From NCBI RefSeq assembly GCF_037042905.1, contig NC_087257.1, positions 8,990,001-9,054,000 on the forward strand: a stretch of DNA of 64,000 nucleotides, written 5' to 3'. Both the position numbers and the translations under genes were made by a program. Shown piece after piece: positions 1-12,748 of the stretch. Source of the DNA: Lytechinus pictus. Lineage: Eukaryota. The notes under the pieces are model-generated. The model was given only the letters and a program-made list of their open reading frames with translations, was not told the DNA's origin and made no database searches. How positions within the stretch are numbered: the first letter of the stretch is position 1; each line of letters begins with the position of its first letter.

Positions 1-805
1 ACAGATGAATTCCTCTCATCATCCGCTTCTCAAAATGTTTGGATGGTAGAAGATTCTCTGAACTACTATTGAGTTCATTGCAGATCAATGTGCGAGGAAC
101 AGATGATATCCTCTGAAAATATAAATCCTATCGTTCAGAAAGGACTGATTCGTTGGACAGTGGTAACAGATCAGTGAAGTACTAGTGAGGTTGGTCCATG
201 ATATAGCAGATGATGGATGTCCTTTTAGAATCTTCTCCCTTTTTCTTAAAGAGACTCATGATTTTAGAAGTATTTCAGTTCTGTGAGCTACAAATGATGT
301 TTATGAGAAACCATTGGAAGATCAGTCTCTATGATGTGGAGAGCATACTTTTTCATTGTAAGAAAAGGCTAATCACATAGATGATAGCTCCACATGCTTT
401 AGACACATTGAGCTGTTATTTCTGTGACACATTTAAAGGGATGGTCCACTCCAACAAAGCTAAGTGCAGAAAATTCCATCAAAATTTCAAATTGTCTTAT
501 TTTCCATCCAAATTTGATGACTTTTTCCGCATTGTGCTTGATTATTTTGTTTCTATTTATTCAAATCAACTTTTGTTTGGGTGGACTTGGCCTTCAACTT
601 TGAAGGAAAAGTGTTGTCAGTTTTCTTGTGGAATGACACCATTTGGATGTTAAGCCCCTTTCACAATTGGTGCGACTGCTTACAACTGTTGCGATTCTGT
701 GCAACATATATTGTGACCAAGTGATCGCAAACCATCGCACAAGCAATTGTGAAAGCCCCTTTAGTCATCCAGAATGGAATTAGGTTTATGATCAAAAGAC
801 ATTAT

Positions 806-1206
806 GGCCCAAATTCAGAAAGGTGGTTATGAAATCGGTTGAACCCATGGAGATTTCTTGTATAAATTACACTTTATTTACCTCGTGTACTAAAAAATGT
901 CCAATGCTGATGCGCGCTTTTGTCACAGTGCGCCAGATTAACGCCTGTTGCCATGGTTGAGCATGCTATTTTATTAATGAGTCCACCGTTTTAACGAGTC
1001 CACCGTTTTTAACAGTGGACTCATGAATAAAATAGCATGCTCAACCATGGCAACAGGCATTGATTTGGAGCACTGTAAAAAAAATCGCGCATCAGCACTG
1101 GACATTTTTAATGAATGTGGTAAATTAAGCATAATTTTTACAGGAAATCTGCATAAACCATGGATTCAACCGATGGTTTTGAAAGCCACCTTTGTAAATT
1201 CAGGCC
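806..1206. mobile_element. palindromic MITE (~400 bp)
   Basis: arms ggccc...aaaggtgg...ggttgaacccatgg / ccatggattcaacc...ccacctttg...ggcc fold back around ~1000. Confidence 0.75.
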
Positions 1207-1376
1207 TTTGTAATGCCACTGGAAATTACTTTTTGTCAAAATCATCAATTTCCCTCGACTGACAGATGTCAAGGGCTGAGCAGGCTTGGCCGAAGAGTTT
1301 CTCACTGGAACACCAAGTTTGGCTTCCCCTAAAGGACTCAATATTACAAGCATTTCAAAAGCTTTTTCACAAGTCT

Positions 1377-1523
1377 GGGCCCCATTGCATAAAAGTTACT
1401 GTTAATGTAACTTTGTCATCCAATGAAATCCTGGATTTTGATTGGCTGATAAGCATTGTTACCATGGTAGTTACCGTTGGACGGCAAAGTTACCATAATA
1501 GTAACTTTTATGCAACGAGGCCC
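1377..1523. mobile_element. short palindromic MITE family (related copies near 2970-3112, 3686-3843, 29000-29127, 39590-39903)
   Basis: TIR gggccccattgcataaaagttac / gtaacttttatgcaacgaggccc; shared GATTGGCTG and GTTACCATGGTA core. Confidence 0.7.
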
Positions 1524-4500
1524 TGGGCTAAACCATCGCCAATGAATATACCATTTACCACAAGAAAGGATCACCAGTCGTTCTTAAAGTCGCTCTTAAC
1601 TTACGAACAGCTTTATGAAACACCCACCTGGGGAGCGTTTCATCAATATTTTCATCCGACAAGTTGTCAGATCTGACATCTTTCCATGATTTTGATTGGC
1701 TGAGAGGCACTGTTCCTATGGTAACTGTCGGATAAAATGGGACTTGTCGGATAAAACGTCCGACAAGTCCTTTCATGAAATGCCCCCCAGGACTCTAGTC
1801 AGCGAAAAGTAATTCACTAACCGTGAAATCTGACGTCCATGTGACTTTAACCCTTTCAATATTACAATTCATTCATTTTCATGAAAATCCATTTTAAAAA
1901 TAGGATTAAGTGCTGAGCTTTTTATTTTCCTAATTCTTTCATTCTTTTTATAAGTTCATTGTGTCCAATATGTCAAGCATGCCAGTGAACCAAGGACTAA
2001 TATGAATAAGCAAGATATTCTTGGTAAAAATAAAGACAATAAATAAACACAAACAGTCTGGGTGGAGTCTTTCATTGAGTATTCCATTTTTATTACATTT
2101 TATGTAAGAATACAAATCACAATAAAAATATTAAAATATAACTAATCCCACACACATTTGATCAATATAAACATAATTGGTGGTTTTTCTCATATCAATG
2201 GTTTAGTTATTAACCTAAGGTTAATTTTGACCACACTTTTAAAGTGCTAGTTATCAACTCATTCACCAAGTATAAACCTTCTTATGAAAGGTGAAGAGGA
2301 GGATAATATGAGTATACCATTAATCTCATTTAGATAATAATCACATTATCTTAGCAATCCAAAGAGATTTGGAATAAAATTCATGTTACTCAGCCATTTT
2401 CAGCCGCTGGAATTCAAATTGGACATCTAGAGCTCTCTATCCCTAATATATATGGTTCCATGACATTTGCTCTGATGGAAAATCAGCATGTTTAGCCAAA
2501 CATAAAACCTAACCTTCAAACCTAAACAAACCCTTATCCTTTACATTATTCTCAACCAAAAACTTACAATGCTACTCATAACTCTAACCCCATGCCCTGA
2601 GAGATCAAGACCGGAGCAAATGTTGTGTCACCATAACATTCATTTGATTTGGCATCTTATCAAAATAAAATTTTGATCTTATATCTGGTAATGCATCCAA
2701 TAAATTACATCTTTATTTCATACCGTCTCCTTCAAATCATACCTGTTTTAGAACACAAACATTCTTAATGATCTAGTAGTGAATTAGAATAGTGACATGC
2801 ACTTCAGAGGGATTTACCAAAACTAAAGAAAAGTTGTAAAGCTTGTTTTACCTTTCAGAATAAATATGAAATGTTCTGGACTCTGCTCAGTTGACAGACA
2901 ATTATACTGTCTTTAAAAATAATCACTTCATCACCAAGGACAACATACATTTTGCCCATTTCATATTAGAAAGGACTTATAACTGTTGTAACTTTGCCAT
3001 TATGGCAACTTCCATGGTAACCTTGATTTTGATTGGCTGCGAGCCCTGTTACCATGGTATTTGCCACAATGGAAAAGTTACAACAGTTGTAACTCTTTAT
3101 GAAATGGGGCCCCTTATTTTCTGAGGAAAAGGGGGAAATTCACAGTAAAGCTCAGATAAATCAAGACAGAATATATAGTGAACAGGATCAATGAAAATTA
3201 GACAAAATTTAAAAACATGATTCTGAATGTACAAATCATACAAATCAATCACACAAATTAGCAAATCTGTGATCTGTAAAGTAAGCTTATCTAATATTTA
3301 CCCTGCGCATGACTTTATTTTTTATCCAGTAAATGTTGTAAAAAGGGGCGGGGTGGGTTTGCAGGATATAAAATTTCCAACCGAGATGTAGTGTTGAAAG
3401 TGTAAAATGATGCAAAATCAAACTGCAAATACCAATTTTGATTTTTAATGTGTTGTGTTATCGACCAATAATGGAGGAGGGGGTCCAAATGAGAAACCAA
3501 AACAAGCAATAGGATGAGGAACAAGACATGGATGATGCAAAAGGAAAAGAAAAATAAGGAAGAAGTTCTGCATGGAAAGATGATCCAATGGGTTATTTTT
3601 CTTCCAGTGAGTTGTGTGCGTTGCTATGTCAGTGAATACCTCAACATCCGTAAGGCATCCTCTGAAAGCCCTCTATGTAGTTCAAGGGCCCGTTTCATGA
3701 AGTCTTACAACTATCGTAACTTTGCCATTATTGTCTTTCCATGGAAACCTTGATCATGATAGGCTTCTGAGTCCTGTTACCATGGTAGTTGCGATAATGG
3801 CAAGCTAACAATCGTTGTAACTGAACTCTTTATGAAACAAGCCTTAAGTTGAGTATTGAGACACCCACACTGAATTGTGTACCAGAAATGCTGACAGTTA
3901 CGGGATCATCATACAAAAGTGCAAAACAGAGAAGGGAAAGAAAAGGATATCAGTACACGGTTCAATTCTGTGGAATAATATTCCATCTGCAGTAGGAAGG
4001 GCTGCAACTTTACAATCATTTATTTCATCCTATTGGAGAAACCGTAGATATTAACCCAGGTTATAAGACACAACTTGCTAAAGTTTACTCTTTTTGTATC
4101 ATTCTAATTTTGTTGTCCTTTGCCTTTTTTCTTTTGTATGTGTTAAAATGTAGCCGGGCCCTCTGGGAGAACAGTGTATGTCACTGATGAGGCTACCCTG
4201 GAAAAATAAGACTTTATAATAATAACAATCACTCCCTTCTCAGAAGGTATGACGAAAAATAAAGAAATCTACATTCTACAAGATGCCTCTGAGATCACAT
4301 GATTTCTATCAGGTAAATTGCCAATTGGTCCACACCCACTTGGTCTACTTTCCATTTGGTCTCATTCCACATGGTCTAATCCTAGTTCGTCTACAACCAG
4401 TAAGTCTAACAATTTGGTCTAGTTGCCAGCCAAAGTACCTTTTGTCTAATTTGGTCTTGCATTTTTTTCTTACCTGATACCAAGAAAGCATGAATGCTTG

Positions 4501-4935
4501 TAAGCAAGTAACCAGAGGACCTGGTAATGAGGATAAATGCCTTACCAAAGGGCACTAGCATACCAAGTGGGAAATCGAACCTTGGTCACCGGAACCCCCG
4601 CTTTACCGACTGAGCTATCGCGTACCTAGTTAGGCTATACCCAATACATCCAGTACCCATTTGGTCTAAAAACCATGTAGTCTATATGATTAGCTCAACT
4701 GCGCATGAACCACATATTCACATAACAAATGCGAAAAAGTATTAAAGTAGATGAAATGAAATTAGACCATGTGGGCAAATGGCGATGAGACTTTGTGGGT
4801 ATTAGACCAAGTTTAGTTTCCACCAAATGGCAATTAGACCAAGTTGATAGAAGTGGACCAAATGGGTTTAGCAGACGTACCATTATACTTCAGGTAACTC
4901 TGCCGAAGTCAAATCTTCTGGGAGCACAGATATCA

Positions 4936-5206
4936 GGGCCCCGTCTTACAAAGAGTTACAATTGATCCGATCAACCACAACTATGGAAAGCCAGCCAAGT
5001 CAACATCTAAAATGCATGATTGTTTCAAATGTTTTCTAGATATGATGTATACTAATACATTCATTGTTGTCTTGACAATTTGATGTGTTCCTCTTTGATT
5101 ACAAGTGAACTTTGTGTAAAATTTTGGTAGGAAATTATGACAATTATGGATTTCCGTAGAGTTGAGATTGATCGAATCAATCGCAGCTCTTTGTAAGAGG
5201 GGACCC
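4936..5206. mobile_element. MITE family (copies also at 37365-37642 and ~58210-58465)
   Basis: TIR gggccccgtcttacaaagagtt...gatccgatcaa / ttgatcgaatcaatcgcagctctttgtaagaggggaccc. Confidence 0.75.
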
Positions 5207-5379
5207 TGTTCGATTTAGGAGTAATTTGACTTCGAAGAATTATAACACGTTTTGAATAATCCGGTCTGAAATATTGATTTGAGTGAGGCGATTATTCGGC
5301 TTATGAAAGGTCGACTTAGGCAGAGTTACCTGTATGTGGGAAGCAGATCAACTGCTAGTAGTCCCAAGTGAATATATAT

Positions 5380-5565
5380 CTATCCAACTGGCTTGTCCTT
5401 CAGCTGACCAGTAAACGATTGAAACATTACTTTGACGTGGGTCATGTCGCAGAATGGTTGGTTGCTCGTTTGCTTGCATCGACACATCAGGTACGGTTTG
5501 CTCTTCTCGACCTCGAACCGGACTGGTTTAAACTCGGTGGGTTTGTGAGCCCCGTCACAAAATGG
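5380..5565 (-). CDS. CISD3: CISD3 last exon (PFCDGAH...PFCDMTH...KPVG*)
   Basis: acceptor TTGCAG, 62 codons including stop; part of ORF 5380..5622. Confidence 0.95.
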   Translation of the reverse strand, partial: PFCDGAHKPTEFKPVRFEVEKSKPYLMCRCKQTSNQPFCDMTHVKVMFQSFTGQLKDKPVG

Positions 5566-8500
5566 CTGCAAGAGTTTTAAAAAAATAATGATAACATTTG
5601 ATGGAGATACATTCATTTTCATGTTATCATTCTTTCTTCTTTTATTATTTTTTTCACTTATTCTTTCTTTATTCCCTTCTTCAGGGTCTTACAAAGTAAT
5701 TATCACATCTTTCTTCTTATGAATTGGAATGGTGACATAGGTCACACTTGACGATCGTGCATTTGCACTAACTACTCCCAAGCTATGGAATAGCCTGCAA
5801 ATTGACGTAAGCTCTAGCTCCACCACTATCTTCAAATCTAAAGTGAAAACCTATCTCTTTAGTTAAGAAAATTGTTGTAAATGTAGAATGAAGTAAAAAG
5901 TACTAGCTGAGAGCACAACTGAATTTATTTGTATAAAGGCTGCACAATATGTGGGCGCGTCATTGTCTAGTGGTTCTGACTCTCGCCTTTCAAACAGAGG
6001 GTCGTGGGTTCGAATCCTATCCATGGCGTGTTTTCCTTCAGCAAGAAATTTATCCGCACCGTGCTGGACTCGACCCAGGTGAGGTGAATTGGTACCCGGC
6101 AGGAATAAATTCCTTGCATGCACAGAGCGCCGGTGATGGTAGCTCAAGCTAAAGCCGGGGTAATAATAGCAGCACTTTGTTTCCTCAGGCAAAAAGCGCT
6201 TTCTAAATCCAGCTATTAAATATTATATGAATTCATATTTATTATTGTATTTATCATGAACTTTTGGGGGATTTTCCAAAATTAATGGTAGGTCATAACT
6301 ATCATCTGGGTTCTCACATCAATTTACCTGTTTCTTACTCAGTCCACATTTACACCAAGAATATTTCTTGCCAGCCTCCAGCTTCACCATGGTAGGTATC
6401 ATCTTGGCTATGTATGTTCCTTTGGGCCCAACCTTCAAGCTACGCTCCTATCAAATAAATCATTAAAAGGAAGAAATGTGTACATATATAATAATATATC
6501 ATCATTTTCACTGGCGGATCCAGGGGGGCACAGCCGGCCCGTACCCCCCCCCCCCTTTTGAGAGGCACAATCAAAATTTGTAATGTAAAAATGCTGATAA
6601 AACAGAAGTGTGCCCCCCCCCCTTACGAAAGTGAAGACCTTTATTTTTCGTGGACGAAATCCCCTTAAATTTTGGTTGAATCTTTTTTTTTTTGCTTGTC
6701 AAATTTTTCCTCCGGAAAATGTGCCCCCCCCCCCCCCGGCCCCCTTTGAAAAATCCTGGATCCGCCCCTGATCATTTTACTCAGACTACAAGTAGGCCAA
6801 AAGGCAATGGTACATGTATGTATTTCCTCTCTGCAATGTAAGTTGACAATTAATAAATAATAATAATAACAATAATAATTTAATCCCATTAATAATAATT
6901 ATGACAATACTCTACAAGAGGGATGTAGGCTCTAATGGAATAATATCATTTTCTTGAAGTTAAAAAAAAGATGGTAAATATAACCAATTGTAGAAGTCCT
7001 GCCTTTTCACAGTTAAAAAACACTTTCCACTTCGAGTAATACCAGTATTATGGTCACTAAAATGATACAAATTAGAAGAGGGTGTGATTACTAGTTGAAA
7101 TCTGAAATCTTGGCAAAATTATTTCAATACATTTTTGGTGTAGCTAGACCTCTATTCATGGGATTGTTGGAAAGTATGACGAATTTCAACCAATTATTCT
7201 TTCTTCTTCTACCATTATCTTGTAGAGTTTTGTCGTACTTGTTTGACAATTATGTGATTGATATATAAAACCTACACCTACATTGCTACAATTATATCAG
7301 ATTCAAGCCAACTTGATTTGGATCTACTGCCCACTGCCTGGGCCTGGCCACTTGTTCACTGCAACCATCCTGCCTGTGGGGAATCTACAGGTAGGACTAT
7401 GGTTAGACAGGAATAACCGTCGTTTCTGGGGATTTATTCAACAATTTCTGACATTTTACTGTAATCCCCATTTACCGACGGTAGGGTGTACGTGTGGGCT
7501 CGCATGTGTTCTCATTCCCTCCCTTTTGTCAATTCACAGTCCAAAGTTTGATGTAATTTTACACATCGAATTTACAATCTAAGGATGTATAAACAACAAA
7601 CTTTTAAAACTTGATGTTTTAACATTTAAATACTTTAAACGATATAGATGAAAAAGGCATGAAAAATATACTTTACCGATGTTTAATTGGGTTGAACACG
7701 ATAAAAATGGTCAAAATGGCAGCCAAACTATAAAATATTTACAAACGAACGTCAACAATCACGAATGTGATATCGATATTGCTTTCGATATTATACGATC
7801 TGCTCCATATGCGAACGAAACCGAAGATAAACGATACTAGTTATACTAGTACTAGTACTAGTTATAATCGCGATATATCGATTCGAGACATTAAGTTAAT
7901 ACGATAATGACGTCATTTAAGATGGCAACTTGCAAGAAAAAACGTCAGGTCAGGTGAAAATGTCTTAGATGACAGATTTCTCAATCATCCAGAGGATTTT
8001 TTTCAATAACTCCGGCCCAAGGTATGCAATTGCTTAATTTATTTATATTTCCCTGATAATGGAAACCATGAAACTTTCAATTTTGCTTAAAAAACAGTTT
8101 TAAATCGCGATCTATAAAACGCTAGTTCACTATACGTTGGCTGTAGGTACGGGGCCCCATCCCCTTCAGTCTATGTATGGTGAGTGGAGCCAACGTAGTT
8201 CAGCGGAACAAACAAAATACAGAGACTGAAGCTTTTGGTCTAGACTATGGTATACCGATGCTGTACATAGCGCACACTTTAAAAAATCATTAAAATATCA
8301 CTTTTGTGACCAAAATTACTAATTTCCATACAGTTGCAATTTATTTTTCATTAGTAACTTGGGAATAATCTTTGTATTCACCAGAGCGCTCAAAAACTTG
8401 ATTTTTGGGCATATTTTTGTGTACGCCCTCTATTGGTGGAAAGTAATATGGCAAGAAAATTTTCATTTTTTGATCTCTATTTTTAATTAAGAAAAATTAA

Positions 8501-9387
8501 TTTAAAGAATCAAATTTACTTAAGAGCCAAGTTGTATGACGAAGAGGTGTAATGGAAACTGTCAGTGTAAAAAAATTCAAGCATTTGTCCCAAAGAAAAA
8601 GAGAAAATAAGCCAAACATTGCCACCCTTATTTTGCCACACATGGAGATATAACTGAGAACAGTGTGAGTGTTATATCATAACCTTGTTCATTGAATGAG
8701 TGGATATAACCTTGTTCTCAGTTTTATCTCCATGTGTGGCAAAATAAGGGTGGCAATGTTTGGCTTATTTTCTCTTTTTTTTGGAGGACAAATGCTTGAT
8801 TTTTTTACACTGACAGTTTCCATTACACCTATCCTATTCGTCATACAACTTGGCCCTTAAGTAAATTTGATTCTTTAATTTATTTCTTAATTAAAAATAG
8901 AGATAAAAATTAAATGAAAATTTTCTTGCAATATTAATTACTTTCCACCATTAATAGAGGGCGTACTCAAAAATATGCCCAAAATTCAAATTTTTGAGCG
9001 CTCTAATGAATACAAAAATTAATCCCAAGTTACTAATGAAAAATAAATTGCAACTGTACGTAAATTAGTAATTTTGGTCACAAAAGTGATATTTTATTAA
9101 TGATTTTTGAAAGTGTGTGCTCTGTACAGCATTGGCATGCCATAGACATAGTCCTACCTGTAGATTCCCCACAGGCAGGGTGGTTGCAGTGAACAAGTGG
9201 ATCTATCTACGGTTTACCAGCATCATAGCATGTGCATGTGTCTCCAACCCGCATGTGTCTCCCATCCCCGCCGGGGCGCGCCGGGCGCGATCGCGAGTCT
9301 ACCTACCGGTACGGTGATCAAGCTGCAAGCACCTTGATGCCGACAGAGTCCCTTACTCAAATTCATAGACGCCCTTAAAAGTGCCAT
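5380..9387 (-). CDS. CISD3: CDGSH iron-sulfur domain protein 3 (MiNT), mitochondrial; join(9387..9307,6447..6328,5565..5380), 128 aa
   Basis: Spliced product has two CDGSH motifs, WCKCGLSKKQ|PFCDGAH and MCRCKQTSNQPFCDMTH. All junctions are GT-AG, phase 0. The first exon encodes an acid-free, Arg/Leu/Ser-rich presequence-like peptide. Confidence 0.88.
5953..6215 (+). mobile_element. tRNA-derived SINE
   Basis: Pol III A box and B box GGTTCGAATCC (6007-6017), CCCAGGTGAGGTGAA core, AT-rich tail; related to 32176-32480 and 12749-13050. Confidence 0.85.
6328..6447 (-). CDS. CISD3: CISD3 exon 2 (ERSLKV...YSWCKCGLSKKQ)
   Basis: 120 nt, acceptor TAG, donor GTAAAT; first half of CDGSH motif 1. Confidence 0.93.
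6509..6770. mobile_element. hAT-type MITE
   Basis: TIR CACTGGCGGATCCAGG / CCTGGATCCGCCCCTG; exact 8-bp TSD ATCATTTT. Confidence 0.88.
7348..9200. mobile_element. fold-back (palindromic) element in CISD3 intron 1, left arm interrupted by an insertion
   Basis: 7348-7401 is the reverse complement of 9147-9200 (1 mismatch); 8244-8662 is the inverted copy of 8713-9145. Confidence 0.8.
7404..8242. mobile_element. 839-bp insertion with 9-bp TSD (Mutator-like)
   Basis: GACTATGGT at 7395-7403 and 8243-8251; termini TAGAC...GTCTA. Confidence 0.65.
9307..9387 (-). CDS. CISD3: CISD3 exon 1 (MALLRASMNLSKGLCRHQGACSLITVP)
   Basis: ATG at 9387, 27 open codons, donor GTAGGT at 9306, phase matches exon 2; mitochondrial targeting-like composition. 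Confidence 0.65.
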
Positions 9388-9695
9388 CCTGGGCAATTAG
9401 TCTCCCTGATTTTATTATTTTTCCCCGACAAGATATCTCCCTCGCCCTCTTTTCAGCCGGCCAAGTGTGCCACACGTACACCAAAATTGACAAGATGATG
9501 AATCTTCAAGTATCTTGTTTGACCCATTTGTTTACATGAATAAACTTAAATACCAGCCGTTCTTGTGAATATATGGCGCATGCTAGCAAAATAAAACTAT
9601 ATAAATTTACTTGCTGCCTGTAAGACAAAAAAGTTTCATATTCTCTCTTCATTCTGCCGCTCTGATTATTTCCCTGCGCCATCCCATCCCCATGA

Positions 9696-9910
9696 TCTAT
9701 CTATCTATCTATCTAGCTGGCTATAGCTATTATCTATCTCCGGATCTATATCTATATCTTTAATAGCTATCTATCTATCTGCGGATCTATCTATATCTAT
9801 CTATCTATCTATCTATCTACCTACCTACCTACCTATTTATCTACCTATACCTATCCGATCTATATATATCTCCCCCCCCCCCCTCTCTCTCTCTCTCTCT
9901 ATCTATATCT
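9696..9910. repeat. (ATCT)n/(ACCT)n/(CT)n microsatellite block upstream of CISD3
   Basis: directly visible simple repeats. Confidence 0.9.
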
Positions 9911-10886
9911 AATGGCAGCTATGGGGCCTCCAAAAATGTGAGAATTACAATCTAAAAAAGACAATAGGGCCTTTTAGGGTAAAAATACGTATTATGTAAA
10001 AAAAATTAAGGAACCCCTTTTAAATGGGGTGGGTAATGTTGGAGTGACCTTTTATTATGTTTTATTATTATAAACACAGCATTTATTATGCGCCATCTAT
10101 CTAGTAAACTATTTCGAGGCGCAGACTAGCCAATATATGAGCCGGGGAAATGCGAACCATGCAGGTGATCAACATGGCTTTTGAAGTTTGAACTCAATCT
10201 TTTCTCTTTCTTTCATTCTTGCTTGTCAGATAATTTTGAAGAAATTAAAGCCCCCCCGGCCTGCCCGCCCACCATGCAAGGGGTCAAAGAGTCCCTATCT
10301 TAAAAGTTTTATTGCGAAGAAGGCTTGGGCCGCGGGGGTATCACTCAACATTATAAAGCTTGTGGACTTTCTAAATGGACTTTAAGGTAGCTTACCGGTA
10401 GCTTAACAATTCAGGGAACGCTTGTCAAGGATACCGTTTTGTTAATTCCAATACTTGTTTAGGGTATGGTACGTTTAATCACACGTCAATATATACTTGC
10501 CCTTACATGTTAAGGGGTGCATTTTCAGAACATGGAAAATACCTTGTTTAGGGTGCTTTTCGAAACCTCATGGTACGCATGGTATCCACTCGTCAATTGA
10601 AATGCCCCCCCCCCCGGGGGGGGGGCTTGCCTCAAGGGCTCAATGGCCATATAGTCCAACTCCAGCATGCAGGCCAACCCTTTCCTAGCTGATTCTATTT
10701 TTATCATTATGTTGGTGCCCCCTCAGTCCCCGGGGCCAAGCCCCCTAGCTTGGATTGATATGTAAGCCAATTTCACCGTAAGCCTACTGGAATATAATAT
10801 TGGTATTATTACATTGTATGTACTAATAACACCTTGTAAGAATACATCTCTTTGGGTCACTTTGAGAACAATAAAACGACATTTAA

Positions 10887-11825
10887 GGACGTTCCACAGT
10901 TAAAGTGAAATCCATGTCATTTTCACCAAACTTTGCTCATAGATACTTTAGACCCTTAATATTCGAAATATGCAAAAATTAACATAGGTCCATGTGCTTG
11001 ATTTTTTGCTATAGAGCTTCAAAGTTCACTCAAATTGATGTTCTTAAGAAATGCGCATTCAAAAGAATTTGGCATTTTTAGACCGCCCAAGATTACTACA
11101 ATGAGTTTAAACCTCTATTACTCCGTCAAAATACATGAAAAAGTCATCAAATTTCGCAAGAGAGTTAATAATTGTATCGTTAGAATGGAGAATCTATTTA
11201 TAGTGCTATTTGTTTGCAATTTTAAGTTTAACAGCACTGTCAGTTCTTAAAAATGGCGTAAAAGAAAACAAAATCCCAATCTAAAAAATGTGAAATTTCA
11301 GTAACAAACTACAAACGTACAATAAATGCTGCACTTTATTCAAAATCCATGTCATTTTCACCAAAATTTGCAGAGTTGTAGAGGAAGGTATACCTAAGAG
11401 GTACAAACATTAAAAAATAGGGGTTAATGTGCTTGTTTTTAAACTATCAGCATTTTTATTAGAGCAAATGTGCTTTTTAAAACACCAAAAATGCACCGAA
11501 TGCTTTGTATCTATGTGAAGAAAAAAATCAAAACCACTCTACCATTTACTCAAACTCGTGGTAATATTCGTGATTCTTGGCAGCACTGCAGAGTAAAGTA
11601 TTTTGAAATTGTAGAGCATTTTTTTGAATGGTCCATGGAATAATTCAATTTTTTAGCTTTATGAAATAACGCATCGGATCTGCATGCAGTTAAAGTGCAG
11701 AAGATGAGAAAAATCAGCTCATACCCGCAGCTAATTAATCACCTGTTTATCCATTGTGACGTCAGCGCGCAGAGTGTAAACTATGCGCAGATCATAATGC
11801 GCACAAACATAACTGTGGAACGTCC
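10887..11825. mobile_element. Kolobok-type non-autonomous DNA transposon
   Basis: TIR GGACGTTCCACAGTTA / TAACTGTGGAACGTCC; TTAA on both sides. Confidence 0.8.
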
Positions 11826-11829
11826 TTAA

Positions 11830-12431
11830 AGGACAAGTACACCCCAACAAAAACTTGTTTTGAATAAAAAGAGAAAAATTCAACAAGCATAACACTGAAA
11901 ATTTCATCAAAATCGGATGTAAAATAAGAAAGTTATGGCATTTTAAAGTTTCGCTTCATTTCACAAAACAGTTATATGCACATCTCGGTCGGTATGCAAA
12001 TGAGGAACTGATGACATCACTCACTCACTATTTCTTTTGTATTTTATTATATGAAATATGCAATATTTTTATTTTCTCGTCATTGTCATGTGAAATTAAG
12101 TTTCATTCCTCCCTGAACACGTGGATTTCCATTATTTTAACATTTTGTGCTTCAGGCAAGGAGGTCCTAATCGTCAAATTCGTCAAAATTGAAATATTTT
12201 ATAATTCAAACAATAAAAAACAAAAGAAATAGTGAGTGAGTGACATCATCGACTCTCTCATTTGGATGTAACTGGCTCGTTCATATAACTATTTTGTTAA
12301 AAATAAGCGAAACTTTGAAATGTCATAACTTTCTTATTTTATATCCGATTTTGATGAAATTTTCAGCATTGTGCTTGTCTGATTTTTCTCTATTGATTCA
12401 AATCAACATTTTTCTGAGGTGGACTTGACCT
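11830..12431. mobile_element. Kolobok-type palindromic element (family also at 49605-51669 and ~56090-56909)
   Basis: AGGACAAGT...ACTTGACCT long imperfect TIRs; TTAA TSD. Confidence 0.82.
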
Positions 12432-12748
12432 TTAAAAGGCTACATGCTTGTATGGGATGCGCTTCCGGTCTTCCACCTTTATGCTTCCGGTTCATATTTC
12501 CCCGAAAGTGGAGATACTATGGGAGGCTAAAAGGGCAAAACTCAATGTAGTGGCAACAAAAATAAATTACTGGACGGTTGAGCACTACATATGCCCCTCC
12601 CATCGAATTTCAATTTCAATTTCAATTTTATATAGAAGCCTGTAGCGTAGGAGAGGGTCATCTTATCCCTACAACCGCCCCCTTCCTCTGGGGTCCCCAC
12701 AAATATCACGAAGTTACCACGGCGCATCTTGTCATGTCATGTCATTGT

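Noticed and set aside
1-180. Possible exon fragments at the window start (plus frame ending TGA at 70-72; minus-strand TTTTCAG acceptor near 113)
   Set aside because: Short, truncated by the window edge, and no recognisable protein similarity.
5953-6025. tRNA gene-like sequence (also 12749-12830 and 32410-32480)
   Set aside because: No closed acceptor stem or T-run terminator; each continues into a shared SINE body.
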